From: Octopus sinensis
Taxonomy: Eukaryota
Assembly: GCF_006345805.1 (NCBI RefSeq)
Contig: NC_043017.1
Location: 30,442,001-30,506,000, forward strand
Direction: 5' to 3'
DNA: 64,000 nt
Shown here: piece by piece, positions 17,124 through 31,211 of the stretch
Layout: each line of letters begins with the position of its first letter
How positions within the stretch are numbered: the stretch's first letter is position 1
Notes under the pieces: generated by a model
Database searches by the model: none
What the model was told of the DNA's origin: nothing
The model's input: the letters and a program-made list of their open reading frames with translations, nothing else
Position numbers and translations under genes: made by a program

Positions 17124-17545
17124 AATTAACGGAATGAGATAAAACTCCAAGGCAGAGTAAGATTTCAGAACATTTATAAATAGAAGTTCTTACAGCAGTT
17201 TTCGGGATATTTTATATATGTGAGAAAATAGTTAAGCAATAGGTATTGTAGATAACTATTGCTTAACCATCTTCTCACGCCGTCTCCAATGAAGGTATAT
17301 ATAAAATATCCTGGAAACTGCTGTAAGGCCCATTTATAAATGTTCTTAAATCTTTCAGTCTTGGAATTTTATCCCATTCTGGTAATTTTTTTAATATTTA
17401 CACATATATATTACCTACGTTGGACTCCTCATTGGCATAATCACCGAACCTGGAGCTTAACTATTACCTGTCCATAGCACTTACTCAGCATTACCTGACA
17501 CCTTTGGGTCTTATTGACACCAATACCTCTCATGAATTATATATT

Positions 17546-17586
<41 letters not shown>

Positions 17587-17747
17587 TGTATGTATGTATA
17601 TGTGTATGTATATATCTGTGTGTCTGTGTGTGTATATATACATAAATATACTTATATATATATTTATATATATGCATGTATGTATGTATATGTATATATA
17701 TTTATGTATGTATATATATATGTGAGTGTGGATATATACACAAATAT

Positions 17748-17823
<76 letters not shown>

Positions 17824-18805
17824 GTACGCATAGGCACACGCAGACACAATCATCTATATATACTTACATATATCACATTAGCGCAGGAGTGTTTCTAAGT
17901 ATGAGTAAATGTGTTATTTGTTACAATTTGTTCAATTATCTATAATAAAGAGATGAAACACGAATATATTATAAAATCTGAATTTATAACGCTTTGGTGG
18001 AACAGAACGTCGCAGATCCTCTGGAGAAGGATTTATTCGGTCGAATATTCGCTACTAGATGACTGGAACCTCTTATATCGACCGCAGAGGGAAAGTTACT
18101 CTGATGTAATTCTGCTACTTCAGCGACCTTGAAATCATAATAAGTAGAATAAAATGGGGAATATAAATGTGTGTAGAAATATTTTATCGGTCTGGGCCAT
18201 ATAATATTTTCGCTTGAATTAAGATATTTTTGGTGATAAAAATATCAGTAAGTAAATGACACGTGAAAAAGGAAGTAACTTTGTATGTATTTATTTAATT
18301 ATTACTATATTTATTCACTTATGTATTCATTTGCATACTTATTGCTATAGATGTGTAAGATTTTTGTTTATTCTTTTTCGTTGTGTAACTATTTTTATCT
18401 GTAAAAAGAAATAATAATTTATACCGGAGGTTAATTTGTCTGGGCGCCATGTCTTTTTTACATCATTACATTACACGCGCTATTTCCTTTTCTTTCGAAT
18501 AAAGAGGAAGACTTGATGAATCATAATTCAGGCGAAGAGGAGACATTACGACTGGTCTTCTATAACATCTCAGATGTCTTTCAGTTTGTCGGTGTTATCG
18601 ATTTGTCTGTTCATATCCATTAACTTTCATACTCAACGACTACCCCCGGCGATTGAACTGCGGCTTATCTCAACCGAACATGGTGTTACGCCGAGGATCA
18701 TACAAGAAACCACTCGGTGCTATTCTAGTGTATTCCAGTCGTTTTCATTTACAGATAACTTTGAACTCATTGCTAGCTCAACTTTTCGTATAGCACTATG
18801 GTACT

Positions 18806-19035
18806 AAGGAGGCGAGCTGGCAGAATCGTTAGCACGTCGGGCGAAATGCTTAGCGGTATTTCGTTTGCCGTTACGTTCTGAGTTCAAATTCCGCCGAGGT
18901 CGGCTTTACCTTTCATCCTTTCGGGGTCGACTAAATAAGAACCAGTTACGCACCGGGGTCGATATAATCGACTTAATCCCTTTGTCTGTCCTTGTTCGTC
19001 CTCTCTGTGTTTAGCCCCTTGTGGGCACTAAAGAA
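18806..19035 (+). mobile_element. SINE family A, full length, with 16-bp TSD
   Basis: TSD atagcactatggtact at 18790-18805 and 19036-19051; Tx1-like tail. Confidence 0.95.
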
Positions 19036-19109
19036 ATAGCACTATGGTACTTGTTTCTGTGCGATACATTCCAGTTCTTAAGACTCAGTGTCTTTACCGA
19101 GGAGTGGAG

Positions 19110-19544
19110 TTTTTGTTTGTTCCTTTTCGAGCGATGCCTGGTTCATAAGGGCCGATTTTCCCGGTTTCCTTAACGTATAGATTCCCCACCTTGAAGGGAC
19201 TCCGGTCAGTCGCAGGTGAGCTGCAAGATGCAGGAGGAAAGAGTGAGAGAAAGTTGTGGCGAAAGAGTCAGCAGAAGTTTGCCATTCCCATCTGCCGGAG
19301 CCGCGTAGAGCTTCGGTGTTTCGCTCATAATCACACATCTTGCCCGGCCTGATATTCGAACCCTCGACCGCGAGTCCGCTGCTCTAACCACTAGGCCATG
19401 TGCCTCCACTTTAAAGGGGTCAACACGACCCCCTGCCGGAGTCTCGTGGAGCTATTAGGTATTTTTGCTCAATAAACACACACAACGGTCTGGGAATCGA
19501 AACCGCGAGTCCGCTGCTCTAACCACTAGGCCATTGCGCCTCCA
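19110..19544 (-). mobile_element. SINE family C, tail type 3 (about 19110-19409), plus a second truncated C head (about 19425-19544)
   Basis: Two heads tggaggc(a/g)ca(a)tggcctagtggttagagcagcggactcgcgg; the first has a unique tail. Confidence 0.8.
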
Positions 19545-19787
19545 ATAGGAGTGGAGTTGGGACATATGACCGAAAGCAAACACGTGCTCATCATTTGACT
19601 GTTGTTGCATTATCTAAACTATCAGTTTCTCCCTCACGCTACAGAACAGGAGTCAATCCACGACATCATTTCTCCGAAGATTTCCTGGAGACTAGTCCTG
19701 ACCCTGAAGCGTAGTAATATATGGCTAAGGATCAAACGACACATTTGTATTTCTTATAATTTTCATATTTTGGCATTCTAAAAAAAA

Positions 19788-20134
19788 GGCTATGTGGTAA
19801 GTAGCTTGTTTACCAGCCACATGGTTTCGGGTTCAGTCCCACAGCGTGGCACCTTGGGCAAGTGTCTTCTACTACAGCCTCTGGCCGACCAAAGCCTTGT
19901 GAGTGGATTTGGTAGACAGAAACTGAAAGAAGCCCGTCGTATATATGTATATATATGTGTGTGCGTTTGTGTGTCTGTGTTTGTCCCCTTAGCATTGTTT
20001 GACAACCGATGCTGGTGTGTTTATGTCCCCGTTACTTAGCGGCTCGGCGAAAAGATACCGATAGAATAAGTACTGGGCTTACAAAAGAATAAGTCCCGGA
20101 GTCGAATGACTGAAACAAGTAAAAGAGAGAGAGT
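19788..20134 (+). mobile_element. SINE family B with a 3' internal deletion
   Basis: Family B match. Confidence 0.88.
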
Positions 20135-20794
20135 AATTAAAATCATTTATCATATCCCTATTTACTCCAACCAGCTTCGATACATTTCTTCAACCAAATC
20201 TTGTAATTGGGCTTCAAATAACGACTAAAGAGATTTCAACTTTTAACCGTAATATCATCTTCATACTGTTTTTGCGGTCGGCAAAATCGCTCTATCATTT
20301 AACTTTCTCATATACATCACGTAAAACATAAGATAATTATCCGTCAACAAATTGTGATTTACTTTTCTCCAGCAACTAGATTACATCGAATACAGTTAAG
20401 TAGCTTACTTCATAATAAGTGCAATCTTGGCTTTGTGGTGAAGAATCTCACTTCTGAATAATTTGGTGCCGCGATTAATCACATTGCCGTCTCTCATTGC
20501 AAATTGCCGAATAGTACATCCAAAGCATGAATAGTAATTTGTGACTGGAATATAGTAGAGAAAGGTATGACATTCAGACCCCCTCCATCTACCTGTATAT
20601 TCTTTTATTCATTTACTTGTTTCCGTCATTTGACTACGACCATGCTGGAGCACCGCTTTAAAAGGTTTTAGTCGAAGAAATCGAAATTAGACCATATCCT
20701 TTGTCAGCCTAGCACTCATTCTATCGGTCTCTTTTGCCGAACAGCTAAGTTATGGGGGGCATAATTACACCAGCATCGGTTAGCAAACAATTGC

Positions 20795-20965
20795 GGGATT
20801 TTGAGGGAAGCAGAGGCTGGATATGTATTCAAGAACCACCAAGAAAAAGTCAAACACTCATTATTCATTGTTGACCTCAAACTTTATGGTGAAGATGAAT
20901 CCCAAGTCAGTTCCCACGTCGAAACAATGTATACGATCAGTATGTACATCAGAAGGATGTTCATC
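20795..20965 (+). pseudogene. RT fragment of R4/Dong-like (RLE-type) LINE, lying between two halves of an old SINE B (about 20600-20790 and 21362-21522, minus)
   Basis: AGYVFKNHQEKVKHSLFIVDLKLYGEDESQVSSHVETM resembles (I)NHLLFMDDLKLYG..E.Q...LV.TV. Confidence 0.7.
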
Positions 20966-21088
20966 CCTTTTGATCAGTATAAAGGTTGAGTGAATACGGA
21001 CTGTGACCTTAAGTCACATGTGATTTGTGGAAACGCGCGTAGCAATGCGTTAAATGTTTATAAAATCCACCCAAAGATTATTGTTATA

Positions 21089-21120
<32 letters not shown>

Positions 21121-23326
21121 CAGCCAAAGAATTTAGCTATTTCGTCTACTATAATTTGGCTACTATATTATTTGGCTGCTATTTCTAAAAGTTCGGTGTG
21201 TGGTAAAGTAAATATTTTTGCTGAACTCTAATTATATAAAGTAATGTTTTAAATATACCGTAAATCGTCTTTTTACATACTGAACATTACTTGGTAAAAT
21301 TATTAATTCATAATTAATTTATTTTACCCTTATTATTATTATTATTATTATATATATATATATGACGAGCTACTTTCTGTTACCGTCTACCGTATCCATT
21401 CACAAAACTTTTGTCAGTTTACGCTAAAGCAGAAAACACTCGCTGAAGGTGTTACGCAGTGGGACTGAACCTGGAACCATGTAGTTAGGAAGCAGTCGTA
21501 TTACCACACAGCTACCCCTGTGTACCGTATATTTGGCTATGTGCAAGAGCCGTATCCTCTCCATAGTTTGAAACCTTCTAAAACAAAATGTTTCGTTCGC
21601 TATATCACTGTCATTGGCGGCCTTATAAGTAGAGATATACAGATATGTGTAAGAAGGAAATAAACCTCATTTAATATGTAGAAATACAAAATATTCTAAA
21701 TTGCACGTCAGTGTTGTAGCATAGTTCTAGTCGAAGAATCAAAACCAGAAGGGGAATGAAGTAATAAAAAAAAAATGTTGTTCATTAAGGGTTATAAATT
21801 TCGTACATTATTTCATTTTAGAAATGAATATATTTTGCATACAGAATAATAGTTTCAATGTGTCTACATTTAATATAATGGCTGTAGGACACGCTAATTC
21901 TAAACCTCATACACCTTGAAACTACAATAGTAACGCCATTAGCATATGTTCTTCGTTGGATAGGCTTTAAACCATAGCAATCTTCGATGCAAATATAAGT
22001 TTCTTTATATATACATAATAGATTAGGCTCTTTGTTTTGTGGTGAAATGTATAATTAATGCCGAATAAATGGATTATAAAATCATACGTATAATAAAACA
22101 AATTATCTTCTGCGTAAGAAAGAAATCATTAACTTTGATGCCTTATGTGGGTTCTCTATATCTATATTATCTCGTAATTCATTTCCTTTTTTTTTTTTAA
22201 CAGTCTGGTTTAGCCCCAAAGAACAGTTTCAGATCAATTCGCACAACACAAAGACGTTAGTGTAAATAGAATTGTTTGCAACTAGAACGAACAATGATAT
22301 GTGTACATATAATTTCAGAGCTAAGATTATGGACATACATTAAATATTATTACATTATAACTGATATCCTATTTCATGAAACATCCCAAGAGATTCGCGT
22401 TATTATTATAGATATTTTCTCAACGATTCTGTTAGCAAGTGGATCTCATTCATTCTATACAGTACTGATTTATTCTGGTTTGCGTCAGCAGAGGCCCGAA
22501 GCGGAAATGAATGGATGGTTGTATGAACTAAAACGTACTTCATACTTCAACAAGAATCGGCAGAATACAAAGTGATTATTTAGACATTTCTCTTTCTCCA
22601 TCTAAGCATATCAATTTCAACAATGTTGTGCAAATCTAACGAGGATTACAAAAATCATTTGAAAACCGACACTTGAAAATAAAATAAAATAAAATGAAAA
22701 TAAAAGCTCAATGAATAATAAAGAACAAAATCACAATTGTCGGCAGATAAAAGAATTTTTACTTTTATTCTTAGAAGTATAGTAGTCGCTGTGTTGTCGT
22801 TGATGGAGGTTTGTTGATATTGTTTATGTTTTCGCTGCTGATCCCTAGAGGAAGTGTTTTGTACATAACCTGCAAAGATTCCCCATTTGCATTCGTTGAA
22901 GGATGGGAAGCTTTAAGTGAAGTTAAATATGGTCTTTCATACATTTTCCATATGTGACGTCAGACATTGTAGTTATTTGAATAATATTCTTTACATAAAT
23001 TTTCCTTTGTAAATTGTTAGTTTTACAACTCGTATACCAGATTTTATACAATTCCTGTCAAAGAATACTACGCCATTTAAATACGAATAAAAAAAGATTT
23101 TATAAAGCACTGAATATACGACAGAAGTATTTCTAAAGTTAACCACTAATTATATTGCTTGTATGGCTTTTCCTATCAGATCACAAAATATAAGCGTACA
23201 TTCCTGGTTTTAGCATCACAAAATTGCGAAAACATCTGTCCGCTGAAATAATAATACGTACATACATACATACATATATACAATCATACAGACAGACGAC
23301 AAACAGACAGACAGACAGAAAGACAG

Positions 23327-23397
<71 letters not shown>

Positions 23398-23409
23398 TAT
23401 ATATATATG

Positions 23410-23447
<38 letters not shown>

Positions 23448-23464
23448 CATAGATAGATAGATAC

Positions 23465-23509
<45 letters not shown>

Positions 23510-23518
23510 CAGATAGAC

Positions 23519-23555
<37 letters not shown>

Positions 23556-25040
23556 TATAGATAGATAAAGATTAGGCGCTTACATACGCTAGTATGCAGA
23601 CGTTTAGTGCCGTGTATGTATAGAGACGTAATCTTATAACGTTTCCAAATTTCATCCCTGGACCAGATGTTTGTGAGGGGCAGAGGTAAGTCGATTACAT
23701 AAAGCCCAGTGCCCAACTAGTACTTAATTTACCGAATCCGGAAGTATAAAAGGCCAAATCGACTTCGGCACATTTTGAAATCAGAACGTAAAGAACGAAA
23801 AGAAGCCGCTAAGTATTTTATTCGGCGTGCACGCGATTCTGGTAGCTCGCTGTTCGCTATGTTATAATGATAGCTTATTTGTAGAAAGGGATGAAACGCT
23901 CTAAAAAACTGAGTTGACGTGTGGGCTTTTATCTCTTTTCGTTTGACTGCGTTTGACTTGAGTCATTTACGGTCTGAGAAAACGGGTATCTCTTAGCTGA
24001 GAATGCTGAAGCATGTATCTACTCGTACAATACGTAGAGAATGGCATCAAATTCTTCCTCAAATTCCATTAAAATATCTTAGTATGATAGGATGTGGGAA
24101 TCCCGCGTACGATGAATATATGCTGAACTATGTGTGTGCTTATGTATGGTTATATGCGTGTATGCGAATGTATATGTTGTGGTTAATTGAATTATTAAAT
24201 TATTCCTTCAGAGAACTGATTTATAAGGATCAAACAAAATTTAAGCAGCAACAGTAGTTACAGCAGAATTTTCTTAGCATATGAATGTTTCTGAATAGCT
24301 TACAATGTTCTCTTCGATTTTTCGTTACATAAACAGGCCCTGACAAAAATACATAAACGTTAGTTTGGCAATGGTGTACATATTAATGCTACAGTAAACA
24401 TGCTTTGTAAAAGCATTCGGCTTCGAATATAATGATATACTAGAATATAACATATTAGAATATATAATATAATAAAATATGATACATAATATAATACACT
24501 GTAGTGTAACATAATATAACATTACTATCATATGACATAGTATAATATACACTTGCACACCTCACACACACATGAAATTATCTTAAATTACGTTTCCGGA
24601 GAATTTACTGATGTGTCCAAAGATGAAGCCTAGTGTCAAAATAATTAAACAATTTGTTTTGATTGGGTCAATGACTTTCACAAAGCTGCTCACTGAACCT
24701 ACAAATATTAACTTCTGATGTTTAAACATAATTATTGATATGCAAGGCCTTACTTAGGGAGGGAGAGATTATGATTTGTTGTAAACTATAGAATGAGCAG
24801 AAATTGTTATAATATTATTGCCATCCGATTGTATAATTGTTCTCTAATTTTGTAAAACAATTTTTAAATGTTGGTGTGGCGAGTCAGGCATGTAATGGAA
24901 CTCTAAAATAGAGATACACATAGAATTTTTGGAATCCTTTTGGATGCTACTAATTTAACACTACATCCAAATGCTTTAAATTATATTATTCTTTATAAGA
25001 TTTTTTTATGCTCTTCACACTCTCATTTTATAATTCCAAT

Positions 25041-25563
25041 TGTTCATTATTTACTTTCGACGGATATTTGTCCTCATCTTGTTTGTTATTAACAAAACGG
25101 TTCAGCTGATATGCCCTCCAGCGTTCTTCAGGTGTCTTGGGGAAATTTCGAACCTGGATTCTCATTTCTAAGTTATTTTTCAATGTTATTATTATTGCTG
25201 TTCGTGTTCAGGTCACTGCTTGGAATGGAACTCGGAATCTTGGGGTTAGTAGCCCACGCTCTTAACCCCTACGACATGGGCAATTATGGAGTGAATTTTT
25301 GGGCTTATAATCTAATATTTATCTATCCTTCCTTAATACCGGTTCCCATATGCTACTCATATCTACACTCGGTCTCCTCAGGAGGTTGTTGTGTCCTAGC
25401 ATATGCGCTGCTTCTTTTAGTTTTCTTATTTTCCAGTGGTGTTCTCTGTTTATTATTTTAACTTCATCCCACAGGGGGAGGTGGTCTCCATTTGTCTATA
25501 CATGATCAGCTATACCTGGTTTAACAATATCTCCTCGAATGTAAATAATGTAAATAATGTACA
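25041..25563 (-). mobile_element. Composite element: tRNA-like head plus hammerhead-like PLE-type tail, with an inverted terminal copy
   Basis: Minus strand A/B-box-like head at about 25278-25210; gacac-CTGAAGA-a-cgctg...cagct-GAAC-cg-tt-ttgt at 25136-25091; terminal inverted repeat 25041-25068 vs 25526-25563. Confidence 0.6.
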
Positions 25564-25886
25564 TCATCTCTTAAATATAGAACTATATTCAAATTGTTAT
25601 TTTATCGCGATATTGTAAATGCACAGGTATACGAAAAGCAAACAAACGGACGTTCATGTAATGTTTGTAAATCTTTCCGTCAATGTTAAAGCTGTGGGTG
25701 AAACAATTAGCAGAGTACAAGGTTTGATCCGGTATTTTCACGTTCTCTGTCACATCCGGATTAAGGAGTCTTTAGATTATTTATCATCTAGCAAAATAAA
25801 TATAATTCAAATATATACAAATAAATGCATATCTTCGAACTGTTTAAGCATTTAGTCTATCTTACTAGTACCATGTTGTTCATTAA

Positions 25887-26315
25887 GACGGCGAGCTGGC
25901 TGGATCATTAGCAAGCCGAACAAAATGCTTAGCAGTAATTAGTCCGTCTTTCATTTCTGAGTTCAAATGCCACCGGGGACGACTTTAACTCACCATCTCT
26001 TCGGTTTGATAAAATATGTACCAGGAAAGCATTGGGGTCGATGTAATCGACTTATCCCCTCCACGGAAATTACTGGTCTTGTATCAAATTTTCAAGACAA
26101 ATAGGTGAGCCTGGCAGAATCGTTAGCACGCTGGACAAAATGCTTGGCGGCATTTAGTCCGTCATTGCAGAGCGTTCTAATGCCGCCGGGGTTAACTTTA
26201 CCTATCATCGTTCCGAGGCCGATAAATTTACTACCAGTTGAGCATTTGGGTCAATGTAATCATCTTGCCCCCTATCCCCCGAAACATTTAGCCTTGCTCC
26301 AAAATTTGAGATCAG
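25887..26315 (+). mobile_element. Two adjacent old SINE family A copies (A2 tail)
   Basis: gcgagctggc / gtgagcctggcagaatcgttagcacg heads with diverged cores. Confidence 0.75.
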
Positions 26316-26684
26316 TATTTTATTCTTTATTCCGACCCCTTATTTTCCAAGATCATATTTAACTGAGGCCAATTCTAATTTTCATGTTTCTAGAGCGAAT
26401 GCATTATCTAAATTCGAGTTCTGTCTTGATGAAACACATTTCAGACTTTCTCTTCATATAGATCTTTGTGACATCTCATGAAATAAATTATAATTTAAAT
26501 TATTTCGAATATTATGAAATGTTATTTCTGTGATAGTGTTTTTAGTGTCAACAGACTCTCTTTCATACCAACTCAATTACAAGATGACTGCCATTTCCAT
26601 TTTTTTTTATGTCGATGTTGGAGTACGATTTGCACATCGTGCTCATTGGAGCTATTATAGATACGATGATTTACGGCAGTGAAA

Positions 26685-27080
26685 AGTAGGCTCTCAACAC
26701 CACCAGCCTCGATACTCTCAGTGTAGCCCAGCCGAAAATGGAACGACTCATGCCTGACATCACGTTGCGGGATAAGAAAAGCGACGCCTGCATTCAAAAA
26801 CATACGAGAATCAACGAATCATAAGAACCATTAAGGAGAACACATATACATGGGCTGACCACATCGCACGACTGAATGACAACAATCAGGGTGGCGGAAT
26901 GGACACCGAGACAATGGAAATGATCAGGAAGTTGAACAAAGGGTAAACGGTGAAATGATCTCATCCGCTTCGTGGAATCAACATGGCCACCAATGGCCAC
27001 AGACAGACGTTGGTGGAAGGAATCCGGAGAGGCGCTTCCTACTTCAGAAGCAATGAAACTCTGTATAAGATAAGAATAAG
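26685..27080 (+). pseudogene. RTE-clade LINE 3' fragment
   Basis: LSVAQPKMERLMPDITLRDK...WADHIARLNDN...RVAEWTPR...MATDRRWWKESGEA; short ataag repeat tail. Confidence 0.8.
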
Positions 27081-30000
27081 TGTCAAGTTTATACTATCTC
27101 ACTTTTGATAAAGAATGCCATTTTGATAAAGAATGCCATTTCTTCAATCATTTAAAATAAGAATGTTTTATAAATCGCTTTCATTACTATTGTCGGAATA
27201 ATTACTATTCATGTATTAATAGTTTCGACAGTAGGAAATGAAAAAAAATGTTAATAAAAATGTTTTGACTTTCCATAAAAGAGGGCAAGATTCGATCCAT
27301 GTCCCTGTTTTCATTGTTTGAATAAACATTCAAACAATGTAAACTTCGCTGCTTTTATTTGTATTTTATTCGTTTTCTTTCTTTCCATTCTTAAATCAAA
27401 TAACCTAATTCCAGTGTACTTATTCACTAGACGCGTGGTTTGCTCTTGAGCACAATAAAATGAAATATCTCCTCTATTAATCTCATTGTATCTCTCGCCA
27501 CAGTCCAGGAAATGGTATATAATATTTCATCTCGAATTCTCTCATTCTAAATATGATTCCTAGTTTCTCTTTTGTTTTTAACTGTTATTCCAATCTACAG
27601 TGGCAGTTACGTTCATATAGTCAGCAATAATAATTCATATTTTTTGCAAGATATAAATCTTATCTTCCATTTATTTTTTTTGCATACACCATATATTGTC
27701 CGAAACATATCTGACCTCATTCTACAAATAATTTCTCATCATATAATCACTTTACATTTACTTACTAAAGAAGTTTGTCATACGTTGTCATTTTATTCTT
27801 AAGACACTTATCTAACTCTCTTTTCGTGTAGCATATACATTTTCAACTAACTCTCTTTTCGTGTAGCATATACATTCTCCTAAAATCAATATAATTCTGG
27901 CATTGAATTTATCAAGTCACATATGTCCGTTGAAATGCATTTCTCTCTCGTTGATTTTCGATGTTTATTTTCTTTCTCATCTCTATTCTGTAGAAATTAA
28001 TGGAGAATTTGTGCGATCGTTCACTCTGTGAACGATATCATCCAAGTCTCCCAAAATTGGCTGCCCATTATTTTAAATAAAGGACATAAAATATAATCCT
28101 GTCTAACCCTAAAGACAATGGCGCCTGCTGGAATTTCTTTATTCGTAGACGTCGTAAAAGAAAGTGGATCTGTGGCTATCTAATCAATAGCTAATCAACA
28201 ACAAATTTTGCCACTACTGATACCAGTCACAAATCGATCGGTTGATATAGAATTTGGGGAAAAATTGTCTCAATTCACAAACTTAACTGTGCTTACAACG
28301 TTAGACAGATTTGTTGGAGTTCTTCCTAATATGTAGTGTACCTTCCGCATATATATTTTGCAAAATCTATTCTTCGGTTGGTCTAAACAAAAGCAATTTT
28401 TTTCCAAATGGATACAGAAAGAGAGAATGGATCAAGAAAGTCAGATATGGGAAATGAGAAAGTGAGTCAGAAATGGAGAATTGACCACAATATCGGGTAG
28501 TCACTATATTGCTCGTCTCCAAATAGGCGATTATAAAATCTGAAGTGAGAACCAGAAATAAACCCGTATAGCACCTGCATTCTTCCAGTTTGCCGCCTTT
28601 CATCACCATCCACTATCCTGTTTTTTTTAAAAGACATAGCTGTCGCACCCACGTCGAACCGCTTAATCGACCTGCTAGAAAGTGCAGGCAGATCTATATG
28701 AGATCATATCCGAACACGTTAACAAAGCTTGAATGAAAGCGACGAAATGATCACTTCAGTACATAATGTCATATACTTTCTTGATTACTACTGACTTGTG
28801 GCAAAACGGTATTTAAACAAAGACGAATATTGTCTAATACATCGATGCTAACTGTTAGAATGGTTTAAACGTTAGACCTTTACAATCATGGATTTGTCAC
28901 TGTTAAAGAATGAGGGAAGAATTTTTAGCAAAACCCAAAGAATTGCAGAGCAGTAGTAGTTACAGAGAATTAATGTTTATCGCCTCATAAATATGGCTGC
29001 TTGACTTTGCCACCATTTTTTAACTCTCAAAATGAGCCTCCTCCAGCTGGTTGTCGATACAATCTGCACCCGTTACACATTATAAGCAGGGGAGGGAACC
29101 CCTACCATCTTCTAGCAGACGACGGGATTGCCAGACTGAATGGTTTCAGGCTAGTTGTGTCCATTGTTAGAGATAGCAGGAAATCGCACCAGCTCGCAAT
29201 ATGTGGTAAGGTAAACCAATCGACAATCAGTCACTGATCTTGCAACATGCAAAGTAATTCTGTAAGAGATAAAAGTAGTAACTATACTGGGGAATAATGT
29301 TTATCGCCGCATGTTTTACTATCTGGTTTCAGTCTTCACCTTTCGATTTGTAATACCTGTGTATTTTCAAATATTTTATTTTTGTTTTCACAGGTGTTCA
29401 TGTTTATAGTTAGAGCGATATACTTAGCGGTAGTTATTTTTCTTCGAACTTTGTACATTAACTTAACATAAGGTCCAATGTTTGCTCTCCTGTAGACAGA
29501 CATAGATCACTGCTTAACTGACTGAACATATAAACAACGGAACTAAATTGAAGCAGCATCCTCTAAATTTAATGTAATTTAATGTAAGAAATGTAGTATC
29601 ATTCGAGTGCTTACTATTCCTAGATAGTCTTGACCGTATACGGACCCAAGCACTTTTGCTTCAGATGATGACACCTAGAGATATAAATTGCTTTAAAGTA
29701 ATGTATAACAAAATATACATTTTTGTAAATACAAGCGGCTTTCTTTATAAATTAATGTATAATTTTCCGAGACATTTAGTACTTCATGTCGCTCAACAGC
29801 GTGGAATTCTCTTACTAGGCTTGAGTACAGCACAGTGAATATATCTCTAGGTGCTATCAACTGAAACAAAAGTTCTGTATACGATCAAGACAATATCTAC
29901 GAATAGTGAGCACATATCACTCAAATGATACTACTTTTCTTATATTAAGAATTTGAAAGCATTTTTGATGAAATAGTCTTATATACATTAAGTCGAAAAT

Positions 30001-30924
30001 TAAGATGGCTGCTTTTGCTTCAACGGCATTGATTATAGAATGAGCACAGCCAAACAATGATAATATGACGTACGTTTTCATTGTCATACCGTTCTTTTAT
30101 TATTCCTATATTCGCTTGCTAGTGCGTACTTCTAATACACGATATAATGCTAGCGCAACTGCAGTGATATATAAAGTGTTGCAGTGAATATTTCCTCCTG
30201 TATCTAACTGGTGTATTTTAGTTCTTACTTGCCTCCAGTCAATCAGTTTCTTCAAGTATTAATAGATCGTGCTCCGAACAATATTTTCTGTTTGAAGAAA
30301 ATATTATTTTTTAAACTGATATTTCTTCAAAGTATCTCTTTATTTTGTTGGCTTCTGCCTCTAGCTCTCTAATTATATTTCTTGTATTATATCTGGAAAC
30401 TCTTTCCCGTGTTTCATTTTGCATATTAGCTTCCTTTATATAAATTCCATGTTGTAATCCCATTCTTTTATTCATTTATGTAAAGATATTCCAGCAGTGT
30501 TGTTATAACAACTTTCGTTTATTCCATTTTTTCGTCATTTTCTAAAACATACCTCGGCACACAAACCATTAGTGCTGATATAAACTTTATTATTTTAAAT
30601 TCAAGTTGTATATCAGAAGTTTCTATTACAGAAACTGCATTAGGTGAATCACAAATGACATGCATAAAAATAATTTCTGGTTAATATTTATTATTTTAGA
30701 GATCATACAAACAATACTCCAGATCCATGCTTTGCTGATGCTATAGGTTTCAAAAATTATTTATTTGGCATCTAATCCGGTTCTTCTGAAAATTCCTTTT
30801 TTTTCTTTTTTATACATATATTCAATTTGCTATATTCAATATGCTAACATTTATAAGTTGCGAAACAGCATGGAATCTAAGAAAAAATCTCACAATTAGT
30901 AATCCCAATCTATTCTCTCTTCTA

Positions 30925-31211
30925 TATAACTGTTATATATATTAGGCTTTTCCCCTCTGCCCTGCAAATCGAAGCCATATAGAACTGAATCGAAGCTGGC
31001 AATGGAAAAGAACAATGTCTTAAAAAGACCAAATCCTTCTGGGCTCCCACAGAAATTGGATACACATACGTACGTTCGGGTATGTATCTTTTGCAAAATG
31101 GTTTTTAAGAATGAAAAGCATTTTCATCCTATCATGTTTAGTAAGAACCTTATTACATTGGAGATGTCTCAAGACATCTGTTTTCTCCCAAAACAAATAA
31201 CAGATAAATAA
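30925..31211 (+). repeat. 287-bp insertion flanked by 31-bp direct repeats; inverted copy at 33728-34015
   Basis: aattagtaatcccaatctattctctcttcta at 30894-30924 and 31212-31242; the same 65-69 aa pseudo-ORF appears on opposite strands. Confidence 0.9.

Noticed and set aside
27812-27876. 30-bp direct repeat with 35-bp period (also an 18-bp tandem near 27103)
   Set aside because: Ordinary small tandem duplications.
27960-29400. Acceptor-like sites (ctattctgtag at about 27993; ttgttttcacag at about 29393)
   Set aside because: Downstream frames close quickly and no gene model could be supported.
31002-31211. 69-aa ORF duplicated at 33732-33941
   Set aside because: Shared only because of the inverted duplication; no sign of coding constraint or a known domain.
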